The position numbers and the translations under genes were made by a program. A stretch of 64,000 nucleotides of DNA from a virus. Numbering within the stretch: the first letter of the stretch is position 1; each line of letters opens with the position of its first letter. The stretch spans positions 6,957 through 70,956 of IMG/VR virus record IMGVR_UViG_3300035670_000160, one strand, 5' to 3'. The notes beneath the pieces are model-generated. The model worked only from the letters and a program-made list of their open reading frames with translations. It had not been told where the DNA came from and did no database searches. Shown in pieces: positions 46,062 to 56,023 of the stretch.

Positions 46062-46769
46062 ATGAGTTGCTTATTAACTGACTCTTCCGTAGTTGTTAAA
46101 GAGGGTAAGGTTTGGGTGATAGACGGCAAATATCGGGTAAAGAAGTTATCTGAGTGTCAAATAGTGGGTGGGGAAAAGGAAGACTCCGCACCAGAGGTTG
46201 TAGTTGAGCAACCTCAAGCAGCAGTTATTTCTGCACCACCTCCAGCTCCCGTAGTACCTCAAGCAACAGTTGGGGTGCCCACACATACGACTCCTTCAGA
46301 GAATCAGGAGTTCATAGAGCTATTTAAGCTAGTGGGTGGAAACGCATGGCTTGCATTAGTGGTTGTCGTTTATGTGTTGGGTAAGAAATATTTAGAGAAG
46401 ATGGATTTAGCTCAGGCGAGTCAAGCCAAGCTGAAAGAAGAGATTTCAAAGCAAGCCTCTGAGACAAACACGAAGATTGAAGGAGTTTCTAGTAAGTTAG
46501 ACTCTGTTGTCTCGGTGAAAATAGAACAGAATAAGACAGAGGTTTTAGGTCAGATAAGAGACACGAAGACTGAGATTTCAAAAGAGCTGGATGTACTAAG
46601 GAGAGATTCTGCGAAGGAGATTGACTCCTTGAAAAAGGAGTCAAAAGTGTTAGTTGATTCACTTGAGAAGAGAGTTCTTGGGTTAGAAATGGAGGTCAAG
46701 TATCTCTCAGGTAATAAGGGAACTCCTTCGGGGCGCGGCAAGAAGACCACCTCAAACGAAGAGGATTGA
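46062..46769 (+). CDS. single-TM coiled-coil protein (lysis/holin-associated?)
   Basis: AAGGAG SD; TM AWLALVVVVYVLG then long heptads. Confidence 0.55.
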   Translation: MSCLLTDSSVVVKEGKVWVIDGKYRVKKLSECQIVGGEKEDSAPEVVVEQPQAAVISAPPPAPVVPQATVGVPTHTTPSENQEFIELFKLVGGNAWLALVVVVYVLGKKYLEKMDLAQASQAKLKEEISKQASETNTKIEGVSSKLDSVVSVKIEQNKTEVLGQIRDTKTEISKELDVLRRDSAKEIDSLKKESKVLVDSLEKRVLGLEMEVKYLSGNKGTPSGRGKKTTSNEED

Positions 46770-46897
46770 TTTTGTTATTCTGCGAATACTCTGAAGAGCT
46801 ATTGGTTTGCATTTGTTATTGGGTGGAGTGGGCGTTCGTTTAACCTTTTATTAAAGAGTCCTTTTGATAAGTACTGCTTGTCATAAGGAGATATGAA

Positions 46898-47203
46898 ATG
46901 AGCGAACAACAATCTGATGAGGAACAGCTTGTCTTTAAACTTAAGACAAAGCATATAGAAATCGCTATTGTCATATTGACTTTGTTGCTTTTGCCCTTGA
47001 TCTTTTGGGCTTCAAATATGGCTTATACAATAAGAGATAATGAGCTAAAAGTAAAGACTTTAGAGCAAGATTTAGAGTCCTTAAAGGATAAACTACAGAA
47101 GATTGAAACGGATACAGCCGTTAATAAGCAGTCTATTACGGGGATAGACAAACAGCTTGATGGCGTGTCTAAGACGCTCTCCGGCATTCTAGATAAGCTC
47201 TAA
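46898..47203 (+). CDS. single-TM coiled-coil protein
   Basis: AAGGAG SD; IAIVILTLLLLPLIFW then coiled coil. Confidence 0.6.
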   Translation: MSEQQSDEEQLVFKLKTKHIEIAIVILTLLLLPLIFWASNMAYTIRDNELKVKTLEQDLESLKDKLQKIETDTAVNKQSITGIDKQLDGVSKTLSGILDKL

Positions 47204-47553
47204 TGGAGGTCTCCCTCATGAAATCTGCAATAGTTTATACACTAATCTTTTCAATGAGCATAATCTTGGCGGTATTTCCGTCACACTCAAAAGAGCCGAA
47301 AAAGAAGACTGCGGTGTTAGGTGTGTGGGGCGTGGAAGAAACTAAATCTTTAAGACAGCAAGATGATACGAATAAACCAAAAGCGGATGACTTGACTCTC
47401 TTGGTAAACTGCAACGCCAATAAGAGTGTAGATTGTCTTCGGCACAAGATATACTTATTAAAGCAGGCAAGTGAACTATTGAAGAGCAGACTAGCTCAGA
47501 CAGGAAATAAAAATGGCGACCAGCAAAAAAATGGGAAGTCTAACGGAAACTGA
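47203..47553 (+). CDS. putative exported/membrane-anchored protein
   Basis: signal-like N-terminus; Cys pair. Confidence 0.5.
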   Translation: MEVSLMKSAIVYTLIFSMSIILAVFPSHSKEPKKKTAVLGVWGVEETKSLRQQDDTNKPKADDLTLLVNCNANKSVDCLRHKIYLLKQASELLKSRLAQTGNKNGDQQKNGKSNGN

Positions 47554-47788
47554 GGTCAACTCTTTTAAGTCTGCCAAGGCGCGCGCTAATCAGATGCTCA
47601 ATCGCTTGGGCGTGTTAGAGTTGGAGAAGGCACGCATCGTGGCAGACTTGAAGCAGAATGAGGTGAACACTCAGAATATGTTCGAAGGCGTTCGGACTCG
47701 GTTAAACATTGATAATAATACTGCTTGGCAGATTATGGAAGACGGCTCTGTGTTTGTCCTCTCTGATGAGGAGGCGACTCAGAGCTGA
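47513..47788 (+). CDS. small coiled-coil protein
   Basis: 91-aa ORF; AGGA SD. Confidence 0.55.
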   Translation: MATSKKMGSLTETEVNSFKSAKARANQMLNRLGVLELEKARIVADLKQNEVNTQNMFEGVRTRLNIDNNTAWQIMEDGSVFVLSDEEATQS

Positions 47789-47806
47789 GAAAGCACATGG
47801 TGATAT

Positions 47807-49165
47807 ATGGTCGCAGGCTGGTACAAGAAACGCTCCGCATATCCCCTTCCACCTTTGACGGCGACTGCGACCTCGCCCTATCAGAAGAACAAGATAGATA
47901 TTCGGTGGGATAACCCTTCCAATCGGCATGAAAATGAGGGGTGGTTGATTAGAGGGGTGAATATTTATCGGTCTTTCTCTTCCGATAGAGGTCCTTACCA
48001 TAGGATAAATCTGATTCCAATTGGGGGGACATTTTTCAGAGACCAAAATCGAACACAGACTATACACAATGAGGTTGTGTCGAGTTGGATTTCCTTCGGT
48101 GACCAAGCGGAAGACCCTTTTCGCTTCGTCACTAAACACCCTATTTCAAGCACGCACGAGTTGGGGACTCCCTCAGTATCTCCTGCCGATGTTGTTGTGA
48201 CAATCAATGGTGTTGTTGTCCCTGTTCATCGAGTTATCGGAGAAATAGGTCAAGTCTCTCTCTTAGAGTTCTATGAGGTTAATCCAATCACAGGGAATTG
48301 GGAGGTCAACGCCTCTCCCACCGAAGATGCAGAAGTCTTAGTGAGCTATATTTCTTATTTCCCTTCAGACAGAGTTCGATTAGGGGTCAATAAGCGGGAT
48401 TATTATAGGATAGCTACTGTAGCTGAAGACCCCTCAACAGGGGAACTCTATGAGACACCTCTAGAACAATGTGCGCCTTTCTCTGATAGAGAAATAGAGG
48501 TTGTGGACTATATGTGGCGTGAGGGGATACGCAGAAATAATTGGATATTAGATCAAGGAGGGGAGCGCGTTAAGTTATTCATCAGGAAGGTGTCGGGAGA
48601 GCCTTGTGCGTGTGCTGACTTTGACAGAGAGACACTTATTTATGCGAAGCAACCAGACTCTATCTGTAAGGGCTGTTTTGGAACGGGCATAAGGGGAGGT
48701 TATGATGGTCCTTATGACATAATAGTAGGGCCAGATGAGGGGGAGCAGGCGGTGACTCAGGAAATGCAGGGTAGGAGAAAGACTCATAACTATGGAGTCT
48801 GGATAGGACCGACTCCCGTAGTGGGTCAGAAAGACTTTATCGTTAAACAGAACAACGACCGATACTCAATCGGTCCGGTGACGATTTCTTCAAACCGAGG
48901 AAATATACTCCACCAAGCCTTCAATATTTCTTATCTTGATTCAACGGATATTCGTTATAGCGTTCCGATTTTAGGTGTTCCTGTGACATGGGGAGATGTG
49001 AACTACACATATAACCCAACACGAGATACTTATGATGCGCGCTCGGACGCGAAATACCCAGTTACACCAGATACTGCGTACCCAATGGGAAGTGGAAGGG
49101 CGGATAAGCCTGATGAGTTCGAGGTTAAGGGTAGGACAGGGACTTTTGAAAATCATCACTCATAG
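47807..49165 (+). CDS. putative virion structural protein (head-closure/neck-like)
   Basis: FN3-like start; sheath-type Ig module; CAC..CKGCFGTGIRGGY. Confidence 0.55.
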   Translation: MVAGWYKKRSAYPLPPLTATATSPYQKNKIDIRWDNPSNRHENEGWLIRGVNIYRSFSSDRGPYHRINLIPIGGTFFRDQNRTQTIHNEVVSSWISFGDQAEDPFRFVTKHPISSTHELGTPSVSPADVVVTINGVVVPVHRVIGEIGQVSLLEFYEVNPITGNWEVNASPTEDAEVLVSYISYFPSDRVRLGVNKRDYYRIATVAEDPSTGELYETPLEQCAPFSDREIEVVDYMWREGIRRNNWILDQGGERVKLFIRKVSGEPCACADFDRETLIYAKQPDSICKGCFGTGIRGGYDGPYDIIVGPDEGEQAVTQEMQGRRKTHNYGVWIGPTPVVGQKDFIVKQNNDRYSIGPVTISSNRGNILHQAFNISYLDSTDIRYSVPILGVPVTWGDVNYTYNPTRDTYDARSDAKYPVTPDTAYPMGSGRADKPDEFEVKGRTGTFENHHS

Positions 49166-49174
49166 GGATAACAG

Positions 49175-49768
49175 ATGAAAAAGCCTTTTATTTTAAAAAA
49201 GCTAAGACCCTCACCCCCTCGTGGGGTACCTAGAGATGTGTACGAGAAATACAAGTCTCAAGAGGTACTAGAGATATTTGCAGAACATATTTTATATGAG
49301 ATTAAACAACAAGCTGTCAGAGCTTCTCATTTAGGGAGACACGTACCTCGTTCATCTGAGTTTCTATCCTCGTTCAGATTTGAGGTGACTGAAGACTTGC
49401 AGATAAAAGTGACACTTGATTACGACCCAAAGTGGGCGTGGGTGTCTAAATATTTAGAGGGTAGAGAACCCTATCGGATGGATTGGCTGACCAAACAGCG
49501 AATGAAACAACGCAAAGTGATTCCGATAAGAGACCATAAATCTGGAGAAGTTGTTTTTAGAAGGGTTCCTTTGACGACTAAGCAGGCTTGGATTCACCCC
49601 GCCGTAGAGAAATACACTTTTATAGATATGGGTGTGAAGAGAGGTTTGATGAGGGCATATCCCAAAGTAGTTAAGAAGATTATGTTGGCGGATTCTAGAG
49701 AGAGCAAAAAAGTCACTCCGAGAAAAAGACCTAGTGTGTTCAGACAAAAGAAGGGCGAAGAGAAATGA
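49175..49768 (+). CDS. basic putative virion morphogenesis protein
   Basis: follows neck-like gene; WIHP motif. Confidence 0.45.
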   Translation: MKKPFILKKLRPSPPRGVPRDVYEKYKSQEVLEIFAEHILYEIKQQAVRASHLGRHVPRSSEFLSSFRFEVTEDLQIKVTLDYDPKWAWVSKYLEGREPYRMDWLTKQRMKQRKVIPIRDHKSGEVVFRRVPLTTKQAWIHPAVEKYTFIDMGVKRGLMRAYPKVVKKIMLADSRESKKVTPRKRPSVFRQKKGEEK

Positions 49769-50802
49769 GCATTACAAGAAAGCCCTCTGAGATATTGACC
49801 TCCTTAAAGGCGCTTTTTGATAATCAGGTTTACGAGGGTATTCCTGATTATCTATGGGCAGACCAAGTGTTAGAGATGGAGCAAACTCTCTCGGAAGAGG
49901 TCTTAGAAAGTGTTTTATTTCTATCTGAAGACCAGCCAAATGTCTTTAAGGCTTTTAAAGAGAATCCCGCTAGAGAGAGACTCTCAAAGTGTCTAAAAGA
50001 ACTCGCGCAAGAACAGACGACATGGCCGGTTGTTTCTAAAGCATGGGAGAACTATATAGAGGAAGCCAAGAAAATAGAGGACACCTCTTTAGAAATAAGA
50101 GTTGAGAAGTTTACTTATAGAGGTTTTGAAGTTTGTACGATACAGACCCCGCCTCATGTCTTAGACATATTCAAGAAGGCGATAGACTTCTTGATAGAGT
50201 TGTTCAAGACGAAAGAAGTGCAAATCGATCTGCACACGATAATCAATCGGTTTGAATTCAGACCGAACCATAAAACCGATAAATTGCCTCGTCAACTAGG
50301 TTATGCGGGAGGCTATTATCGCGATGGGGTAGTGTCTTTGTTTTGGGGGTCTCGGAGTCCTCTATCACCTTCCGAAAATGCGAAGATAAGAGGTCAGTTA
50401 TTTAATCTCGTACATTATGTGATAGTGCATGAGGTGGCTCATGCCATTTATTTCAGAGCTTTGTCGCCAGAGGCGAGGAAGTTTTGGGTTTCTGATTGGG
50501 TCAGACTTCAAGTTGAGATAGATGACTTAGAGGATGTGATAGACCCCGATATGAACTACACCGAAGTCCTTAAAGAACTCGGTATCCCTACTCAGTATGG
50601 ACACATGAATCCTAAAGAAGACTTCGCTGAGACTCTGACACACTACATATTAGACAACGATTCTTTAGCTCCCTACGCCAAGAATCGTTTATTAGGCACT
50701 CTCAATCATGAGTCTAACTCCAGCAGAATTTTTAAGTCTGCTAGTGTCTTTAGGAGAACGAGAGCTGTACGCCCTTCAATACGCCATCCTCATAAGATTT
50801 AA
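49765..50802 (+). CDS. zinc metallopeptidase (HExxH + EDFAE)
   Basis: IVHEVAHAI..PTQYG..NPKEDFAE. Confidence 0.75.
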   Translation: MSITRKPSEILTSLKALFDNQVYEGIPDYLWADQVLEMEQTLSEEVLESVLFLSEDQPNVFKAFKENPARERLSKCLKELAQEQTTWPVVSKAWENYIEEAKKIEDTSLEIRVEKFTYRGFEVCTIQTPPHVLDIFKKAIDFLIELFKTKEVQIDLHTIINRFEFRPNHKTDKLPRQLGYAGGYYRDGVVSLFWGSRSPLSPSENAKIRGQLFNLVHYVIVHEVAHAIYFRALSPEARKFWVSDWVRLQVEIDDLEDVIDPDMNYTEVLKELGIPTQYGHMNPKEDFAETLTHYILDNDSLAPYAKNRLLGTLNHESNSSRIFKSASVFRRTRAVRPSIRHPHKI

Positions 50803-52081
50803 TCTGAACGAAGACACCCTCTCCAACCTCAATAGATGAAGACTTGATTGAATCAATCACCACCATTGACCCTGCGCTGAGAGTGACCTCAAAGGAGTCA
50901 AAGAGAACCTTGCCCTTAAGACAACGAGTTGTCTCAATAGGTGTAGGAGTCTCTTCCTCAAGAGAGGTGAGGTCTTCAGAAACTTCCTCTTGAGGAGACA
51001 AGAGAATACCGCAGTACTTGTCTGCGATACGGCTATGCCACAAATCGCGAGAATACTTATGAAGCCTGCCCATCGTTGTAATAGAGGGGTCTGCCTTAAG
51101 TACATCTTGCGCCCAGCGATACTTAACATCTTGCCACTCAGCCAAAGAGCGATGCCAATTCTTGGTCTTAAAGTTGTGTCTAATCTCAGAGAGAACCTCT
51201 TCAAAGTCCTCTAAGGAGTAGGACAACTCTTGCGCGGCGTGTATCTCTGAGGGTTCTGCGAAAAGATAACCCAATACTTGGAAAGGGCGCTCTTTGATAT
51301 CTTGAAAGATTTTCTCTTTGTTGTTGTTCAAGACAACCTCCGCTTCTGCACTCAAGACAACCTCCGATAAGGTTTCGGGTTTTTCAAAGAGCTTGTTAAA
51401 CTCTTCGGGGTAGTAGCCAAAGAGCATATTATACACACGCTCAAAACTTTTCTGCTCTTTGAAGGAACAAGCGTTTTCAATTCCCCAAGAAAAAAGAACG
51501 CTTTTGATTTCCTCTGAGATTTGATTATCTCTCTTAATCAGAGAGCGATAAGAATCAAACAGACTCTCAAGTCGCTCACGACCCCAACTCAAGGGGGTTT
51601 GGGTATCCAAAGAGCTTAAGTAGTTTTGGAACATAGACCGAATAGCTCCTCTCCGAGAGCCTATCTTGTCTACATCAACCATGAAGTTTTCAATGGACTC
51701 TGAGAATGTAAGGTGGGTTTGATAATCCATGCTTGAAAACGAATTTCTCAATGAGGTTTCCACTAACTCTTGTGGTTGGTCCTCTGGTGTAATCTGAAGA
51801 ACATGGCGCAGACCATCAACACCCACCGCTATCTTCTGAGATACCTCGCAGAACTTTACATTCTTAAGGCGCGCAGAAGCTCTCGCCCAATCTCTCTGCT
51901 TATGGCTCACCACATCTTTAAGAACAATCACCACATCGCACAAGGGGATGTCCCCACGCGGAACAGCATCCCAATTTCTGTGACCGACCATGTTAAGCTC
52001 AATACCATGATTGTTCGCTTTAGAAATAAAGGTTTGGGCGTAAGTCTTTTCGCCACCCACCAAAAATGCGTTGATTGTCAT
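50750..52081 (-). CDS. protein with N-terminal DUF2325-like domain
   Basis: FLVGG..CDVVIVLKDVVSH..NVKF; AAGGA SD. Confidence 0.6.
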   Translation of the reverse strand: MTINAFLVGGEKTYAQTFISKANNHGIELNMVGHRNWDAVPRGDIPLCDVVIVLKDVVSHKQRDWARASARLKNVKFCEVSQKIAVGVDGLRHVLQITPEDQPQELVETSLRNSFSSMDYQTHLTFSESIENFMVDVDKIGSRRGAIRSMFQNYLSSLDTQTPLSWGRERLESLFDSYRSLIKRDNQISEEIKSVLFSWGIENACSFKEQKSFERVYNMLFGYYPEEFNKLFEKPETLSEVVLSAEAEVVLNNNKEKIFQDIKERPFQVLGYLFAEPSEIHAAQELSYSLEDFEEVLSEIRHNFKTKNWHRSLAEWQDVKYRWAQDVLKADPSITTMGRLHKYSRDLWHSRIADKYCGILLSPQEEVSEDLTSLEEETPTPIETTRCLKGKVLFDSFEVTLSAGSMVVIDSIKSSSIEVGEGVFVQIKSYEDGVLKGVQLSFS

Positions 52082-52198
52082 CTCAATCCTTTCCTTGATT
52101 GGAAATCAAAATCTAATCTCTTTATTTCTCTAGATGATGAGGTGTCTCCCTCACCCCTCATACGATATACACATATATCATAAAAGCAAGGAGTTGTC

Positions 52199-53278
52199 AT
52201 GTTTATTTCTAAAAATAAGCATTTAGCTGTGTTAAGTTATTGTTTTTTCGGTGTTTTTTTGGGGGGTGTTGTTCATCAGATGTGGATGTCAAGCAAGATT
52301 GAAAGTTTACAGCGGGTGATAGAGGAGCAACTAGAGGGTACTTTGACAGAGAACGCGCGCGCGTTATCGAGCTTAAGAGATGATATTAAGACTGCTCAAG
52401 CTCAGATGGTGTCTCCTTCAGAGATGAGAGAAATAAGTAAGGGAGTGTTGAGTGAGTATGACTCACAGACTCAGACAGCTATTTCCAAGTTTAAGGAAGA
52501 GACAGGGGCTCAGATAACGAGTATAGCTCAGAGATTCTCATCTATGGAAATAAGACTAAGTAGAGGTCGTTCTGAGGTGGGGCAGGGGACACCGACAAAA
52601 CCAGCACCTGAGAAGTGGCAGGGGATAAAAGCAGACCAAGTAGGTTGGTGTATTTCTTCGCCTTCAAGTTGTGAGGTACTTCCATTTACTTGGAACTCAG
52701 AGAATCAAGTAAATGGACAGAGTGTAGCGAGTTTTGAGGCGACTAACTTTTGGGAACAAAACTTTAACTTGAAGTTAAACTTGATGTTTAAAGTACTGAC
52801 CATAGGATTTAGTGAGGCTGATGGTGAGGGAGCCGTTCAGAATCAGGGGGTACACATACAAGCTGGTTATTTTGACAAAGAGGGTCGTTTTGTAGTCTTA
52901 TCTGAGGATAAGATGTTAAAGGGCGACTCTAGGATAGACCCGAAGTTCTTTTACACGCCCAGAGTGTCGCCAAACAATATAAAAACTGCAACACTAGGCT
53001 TCTTCTCACCCACTTTTGTTGTGGGTGTCGGATATAGCCTTTTAAGGCATGATATAGGATTGTTAATTGGGGGGGGCTTGCTCAATTTCAAGCGAGGAGA
53101 CTTCCGCTTAGGTGCTAACGCATTTATAAATGCCGAACAGATAAGCGGAGGTATTTTTGGGTCATATCACCCAAGATTTGCAAATCGTTCTTTGAATGTA
53201 GCCCCGATGTTGGGGGGGTTGGTCAATAAAGACCTGAATTGGTCTTTGCAATTTGGATTATTATTTCAGGTGTGGTAA
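52199..53278 (+). CDS. N-anchored coiled-coil protein with C-terminal amphipathic beta strands
   Basis: TM at residues ~9-26; ends WSLQFGLLFQVW. Confidence 0.6.
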   Translation: MFISKNKHLAVLSYCFFGVFLGGVVHQMWMSSKIESLQRVIEEQLEGTLTENARALSSLRDDIKTAQAQMVSPSEMREISKGVLSEYDSQTQTAISKFKEETGAQITSIAQRFSSMEIRLSRGRSEVGQGTPTKPAPEKWQGIKADQVGWCISSPSSCEVLPFTWNSENQVNGQSVASFEATNFWEQNFNLKLNLMFKVLTIGFSEADGEGAVQNQGVHIQAGYFDKEGRFVVLSEDKMLKGDSRIDPKFFYTPRVSPNNIKTATLGFFSPTFVVGVGYSLLRHDIGLLIGGGLLNFKRGDFRLGANAFINAEQISGGIFGSYHPRFANRSLNVAPMLGGLVNKDLNWSLQFGLLFQVW

Positions 53279-53281
53279 TTC

Positions 53282-54076
53282 TTACCACTCATAACCACCG
53301 AAGTCTTTGGGGTACTGCATTAACTTAGCGATGTCTTTGCGCGCTTTGCTTCTCTTCGCGCCAATCTTTTCCGCGATGAAGTCAAGGCGAGCCGCGAGAC
53401 CCTGTAGCTGTTCATCTCTGCTAGAGCCTGTTACGATACCTGTGAGAGTGCCATAAGGCTCGCTTGTGAGATAAGGACCCTTCATCATAAACTTTAGTGC
53501 GCTAGGGGTACACCTTACAGTAAAGACATACTCGTCACCCTTGAACTCATTGTCTTTTGTACGATTCCATTTTGCACCAAGATACCCACTATATCTGGAG
53601 TTCTTGGACTTAGAACCATTTAACAGGTAATACACATCATCATATGTGGGGGTTAACTCAATCAGCTCCATGCCAACTTCTTCGTTACCCCAATCAGCAA
53701 CCTCTAAAGACCTCTCCTTAATCATGTTCAAGACATCTTCAAACTTGTATGTGAAGGAGCTACCCCCTTGAGGGTACTCAATCTCATAACCCTGATCGTT
53801 TAAGAAAATATAAAAGCGGGGCTGTAAGACAATTACAGGATTATCGCCTACATACTTAATCTTGGCATCAAGGAAGCCGTTTCTTCTAGCAAACTGAACT
53901 AAATCTGAAGCGTCCTTCTCCATGTCTAGGATAGTACGATCTCCTAGCTTGCGAGGGCTTCTCCTTGAGTCATACGCGGGAGGGGGTGTAGGGACGCGGC
54001 GAGGGCGGGGGGCGGCGGTACGCTCTAGATAGCTGATACGCTCTTCAAGGTTCATCAAAGATGAATAAGACATCAT
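53282..54076 (-). CDS. hypothetical protein
   Basis: AGGAG SD; N-terminal LEERISYLERTAA. Confidence 0.6.
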   Translation of the reverse strand: MMSYSSLMNLEERISYLERTAAPRPRRVPTPPPAYDSRRSPRKLGDRTILDMEKDASDLVQFARRNGFLDAKIKYVGDNPVIVLQPRFYIFLNDQGYEIEYPQGGSSFTYKFEDVLNMIKERSLEVADWGNEEVGMELIELTPTYDDVYYLLNGSKSKNSRYSGYLGAKWNRTKDNEFKGDEYVFTVRCTPSALKFMMKGPYLTSEPYGTLTGIVTGSSRDEQLQGLAARLDFIAEKIGAKRSKARKDIAKLMQYPKDFGGYEW

Positions 54077-54133
54077 TCTCTCCTATATCACAGGGTCTGA
54101 GACTAAGACTCCTGTGATATAAAAGAAATAAAA

Positions 54134-54424
54134 TCAAGGCTGGATGTTGAAGTCCGACCTCGAAATAGCTCTTGCGTTGAGTTGGTTACCCTCTACAAAT
54201 ACCTCAAAGAATCCGTCAAACTTTAATATGTTGCCTTTGAGGTCTGTAATCTTCAAACTTATGACTTTAGAAGGTTCTTTTGTGGGTACTTCTAAAGACT
54301 CAACTTCGAAACACTCTGCTAACAGAGAGAAGTCACACCACTTGTCATTTTCAATCATTCTATGTTCCTTTTTGCCTAGATTCAACACGAGAAATAATAT
54401 TATTTCTGTGTTTGGCAGAAACAT
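54134..54424 (-). CDS. hypothetical protein (likely internal start MIEND)
   Basis: AAGGA before MIEND. Confidence 0.45.
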   Translation of the reverse strand: MFLPNTEIILFLVLNLGKKEHRMIENDKWCDFSLLAECFEVESLEVPTKEPSKVISLKITDLKGNILKFDGFFEVFVEGNQLNARAISRSDFNIQP

Positions 54425-54454
54425 AAATGAGATTTATAGAGGCTGCAAGTTTTT

Positions 54455-54640
54455 TTAGCGAACACGCTCCCAAAGGTTTTGAGCGATTTCGACCTTAACA
54501 ACTTGGATGTTTGTCTCTGAATTCTCTAGGAGCTTCTTTGCTTCCCTCGCCTTTGAACGAGACTCGAAAAAAGAACCTGACTGTGTCTTGATAAGATTAT
54601 TGCTTGAGTCCATGAGTGTGTAGATCGTTGTGGTCTTCAT
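54455..54640 (-). CDS. small hypothetical protein
   Basis: AGGA SD; GGTATATT upstream. Confidence 0.55.
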   Translation of the reverse strand: MKTTTIYTLMDSSNNLIKTQSGSFFESRSKAREAKKLLENSETNIQVVKVEIAQNLWERVR

Positions 54641-54683
54641 ATTATTTCCTACGGGTTGAGGGGGATGGATAGAGAATATACCA

Positions 54684-55067
54684 TCAAGGTTGATAGTTTA
54701 TGTAAAGACTGAGATTAGATTTATCAAACCCGTATTTCCAATAATACTTATTGAGAAGAGTGTGGTGGTATTCACCTTCTAGAGAACAGAATACTATGGC
54801 TTTCATGACTTCTCCAGAGTCTGTTACAACCTCTAACATCTTATGTTTGTTTTGATATGTCTTAGTGATTTCATGGAGTATTTCATCATCTATTGTATAT
54901 AAGAGTCCTTCTACGAAACCATTAAGGACAGGCGTTAAGACTGACCCTCTCTTTGTAGGTAGTAGTTGATACCCTTTCAGATATGCGAACTTAAATATCT
55001 GTGCATTAGGGTATGACTCGTAAAACGAGTTTTGGTCTAGATGACATAAGTAAGTGAAGTATTTCAT
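54684..55067 (-). CDS. gamma-glutamylcyclotransferase-fold protein, probably degenerate
   Basis: KYFTY..A.LKGYQL..VEGLLYTI; lacks canonical YGS. Confidence 0.5.
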   Translation of the reverse strand: MKYFTYLCHLDQNSFYESYPNAQIFKFAYLKGYQLLPTKRGSVLTPVLNGFVEGLLYTIDDEILHEITKTYQNKHKMLEVVTDSGEVMKAIVFCSLEGEYHHTLLNKYYWKYGFDKSNLSLYINYQP

Positions 55068-55112
55068 ATTTCTCCTTTATCATTGGAGCGTTCTACCAAG
55101 ACGCTGAAATGA

Positions 55113-55493
55113 ATGGAGGAGTATATGGGAGCAGGTTTATTATTTCTAAATGCGGGTAGAGCTTTAGTGTTAAAGCGAGCGGATACGGGTCTTTGGAACT
55201 TCCCCGGAGGGAAATCAGAAGACTTTGAGTCTCCTTTAGAGACCGCGTATCGAGAAGCGAGTGAAGAGATTGGTTTTTTGCCTTCTTGTAGAGTGCAAGG
55301 ACACCATGAACAATTAGGTTATGTTTTATTTTTCGCTCATTGTAAGAACGCTTTTGCGCCTGTTCTAAACAAAGAACACACCGAGTATCGGTGGATACCC
55401 CTACAGGAGTTGGCTTTCTTGAGACTCCATCCGCGAGAAATAAGAGGAGTAGATTATCTATTAAGGACTCTCAATACACCGAAAAAGAGGTAG
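55113..55493 (+). CDS. Nudix hydrolase
   Basis: WNFPGGKSEDFESPLETAYREASEEIG Nudix box; EHTEYRW. Confidence 0.92.
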   Translation: MEEYMGAGLLFLNAGRALVLKRADTGLWNFPGGKSEDFESPLETAYREASEEIGFLPSCRVQGHHEQLGYVLFFAHCKNAFAPVLNKEHTEYRWIPLQELAFLRLHPREIRGVDYLLRTLNTPKKR

Positions 55494-55501
55494 CTTATAT
55501 C

Positions 55502-55978
55502 ATGTCACAAGATGTTCAGAAAGTTCGGAGGATTGTTTTTGATTTGGTTGAAATAGCACACGAAGAAATATTGAGCTATTTGACCCAGAGTAAAGACCCT
55601 TTAGTGAAGTTGATTGCGCTAAGAAAGTTTAAATATGGGTATGGACTCCCTTCGGGGGTGTCGAAATATTCGAGAGAGTTTAAAGCATTAGGTGACTTGT
55701 ATGCTCGAAAGAAAAAAGACTACGATAAGATTAGAGTTTTCTATGAGCAAGACCGCAAGTTGATCACCCGATACCAAGAGGCAGAAATAAATACGCTTGT
55801 GGTAGAAGCCATGAAATGGGCACACACCTATTGGAGTGCGATTTTCATGGCTCGTCTGTTAGTGAGGGTGGGCGATGAACAGAAAATTATTTCTATACGA
55901 AAAGAGTTAGCTCTTTTCCCAAAGAAAAGATTAGACCCGCCCTACGCTAACTTAATAGAAATTCTCTTTGAGGAGTAA
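55502..55978 (+). CDS. hypothetical protein
   Basis: GAGG SD before ATG 55502. Confidence 0.55.
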   Translation: MSQDVQKVRRIVFDLVEIAHEEILSYLTQSKDPLVKLIALRKFKYGYGLPSGVSKYSREFKALGDLYARKKKDYDKIRVFYEQDRKLITRYQEAEINTLVVEAMKWAHTYWSAIFMARLLVRVGDEQKIISIRKELALFPKKRLDPPYANLIEILFEE

Positions 55979-56023
55979 ATAATCTGATATAGCTCTTTCT
56001 GGCAACAAAAGGAGCTGTGTTAG

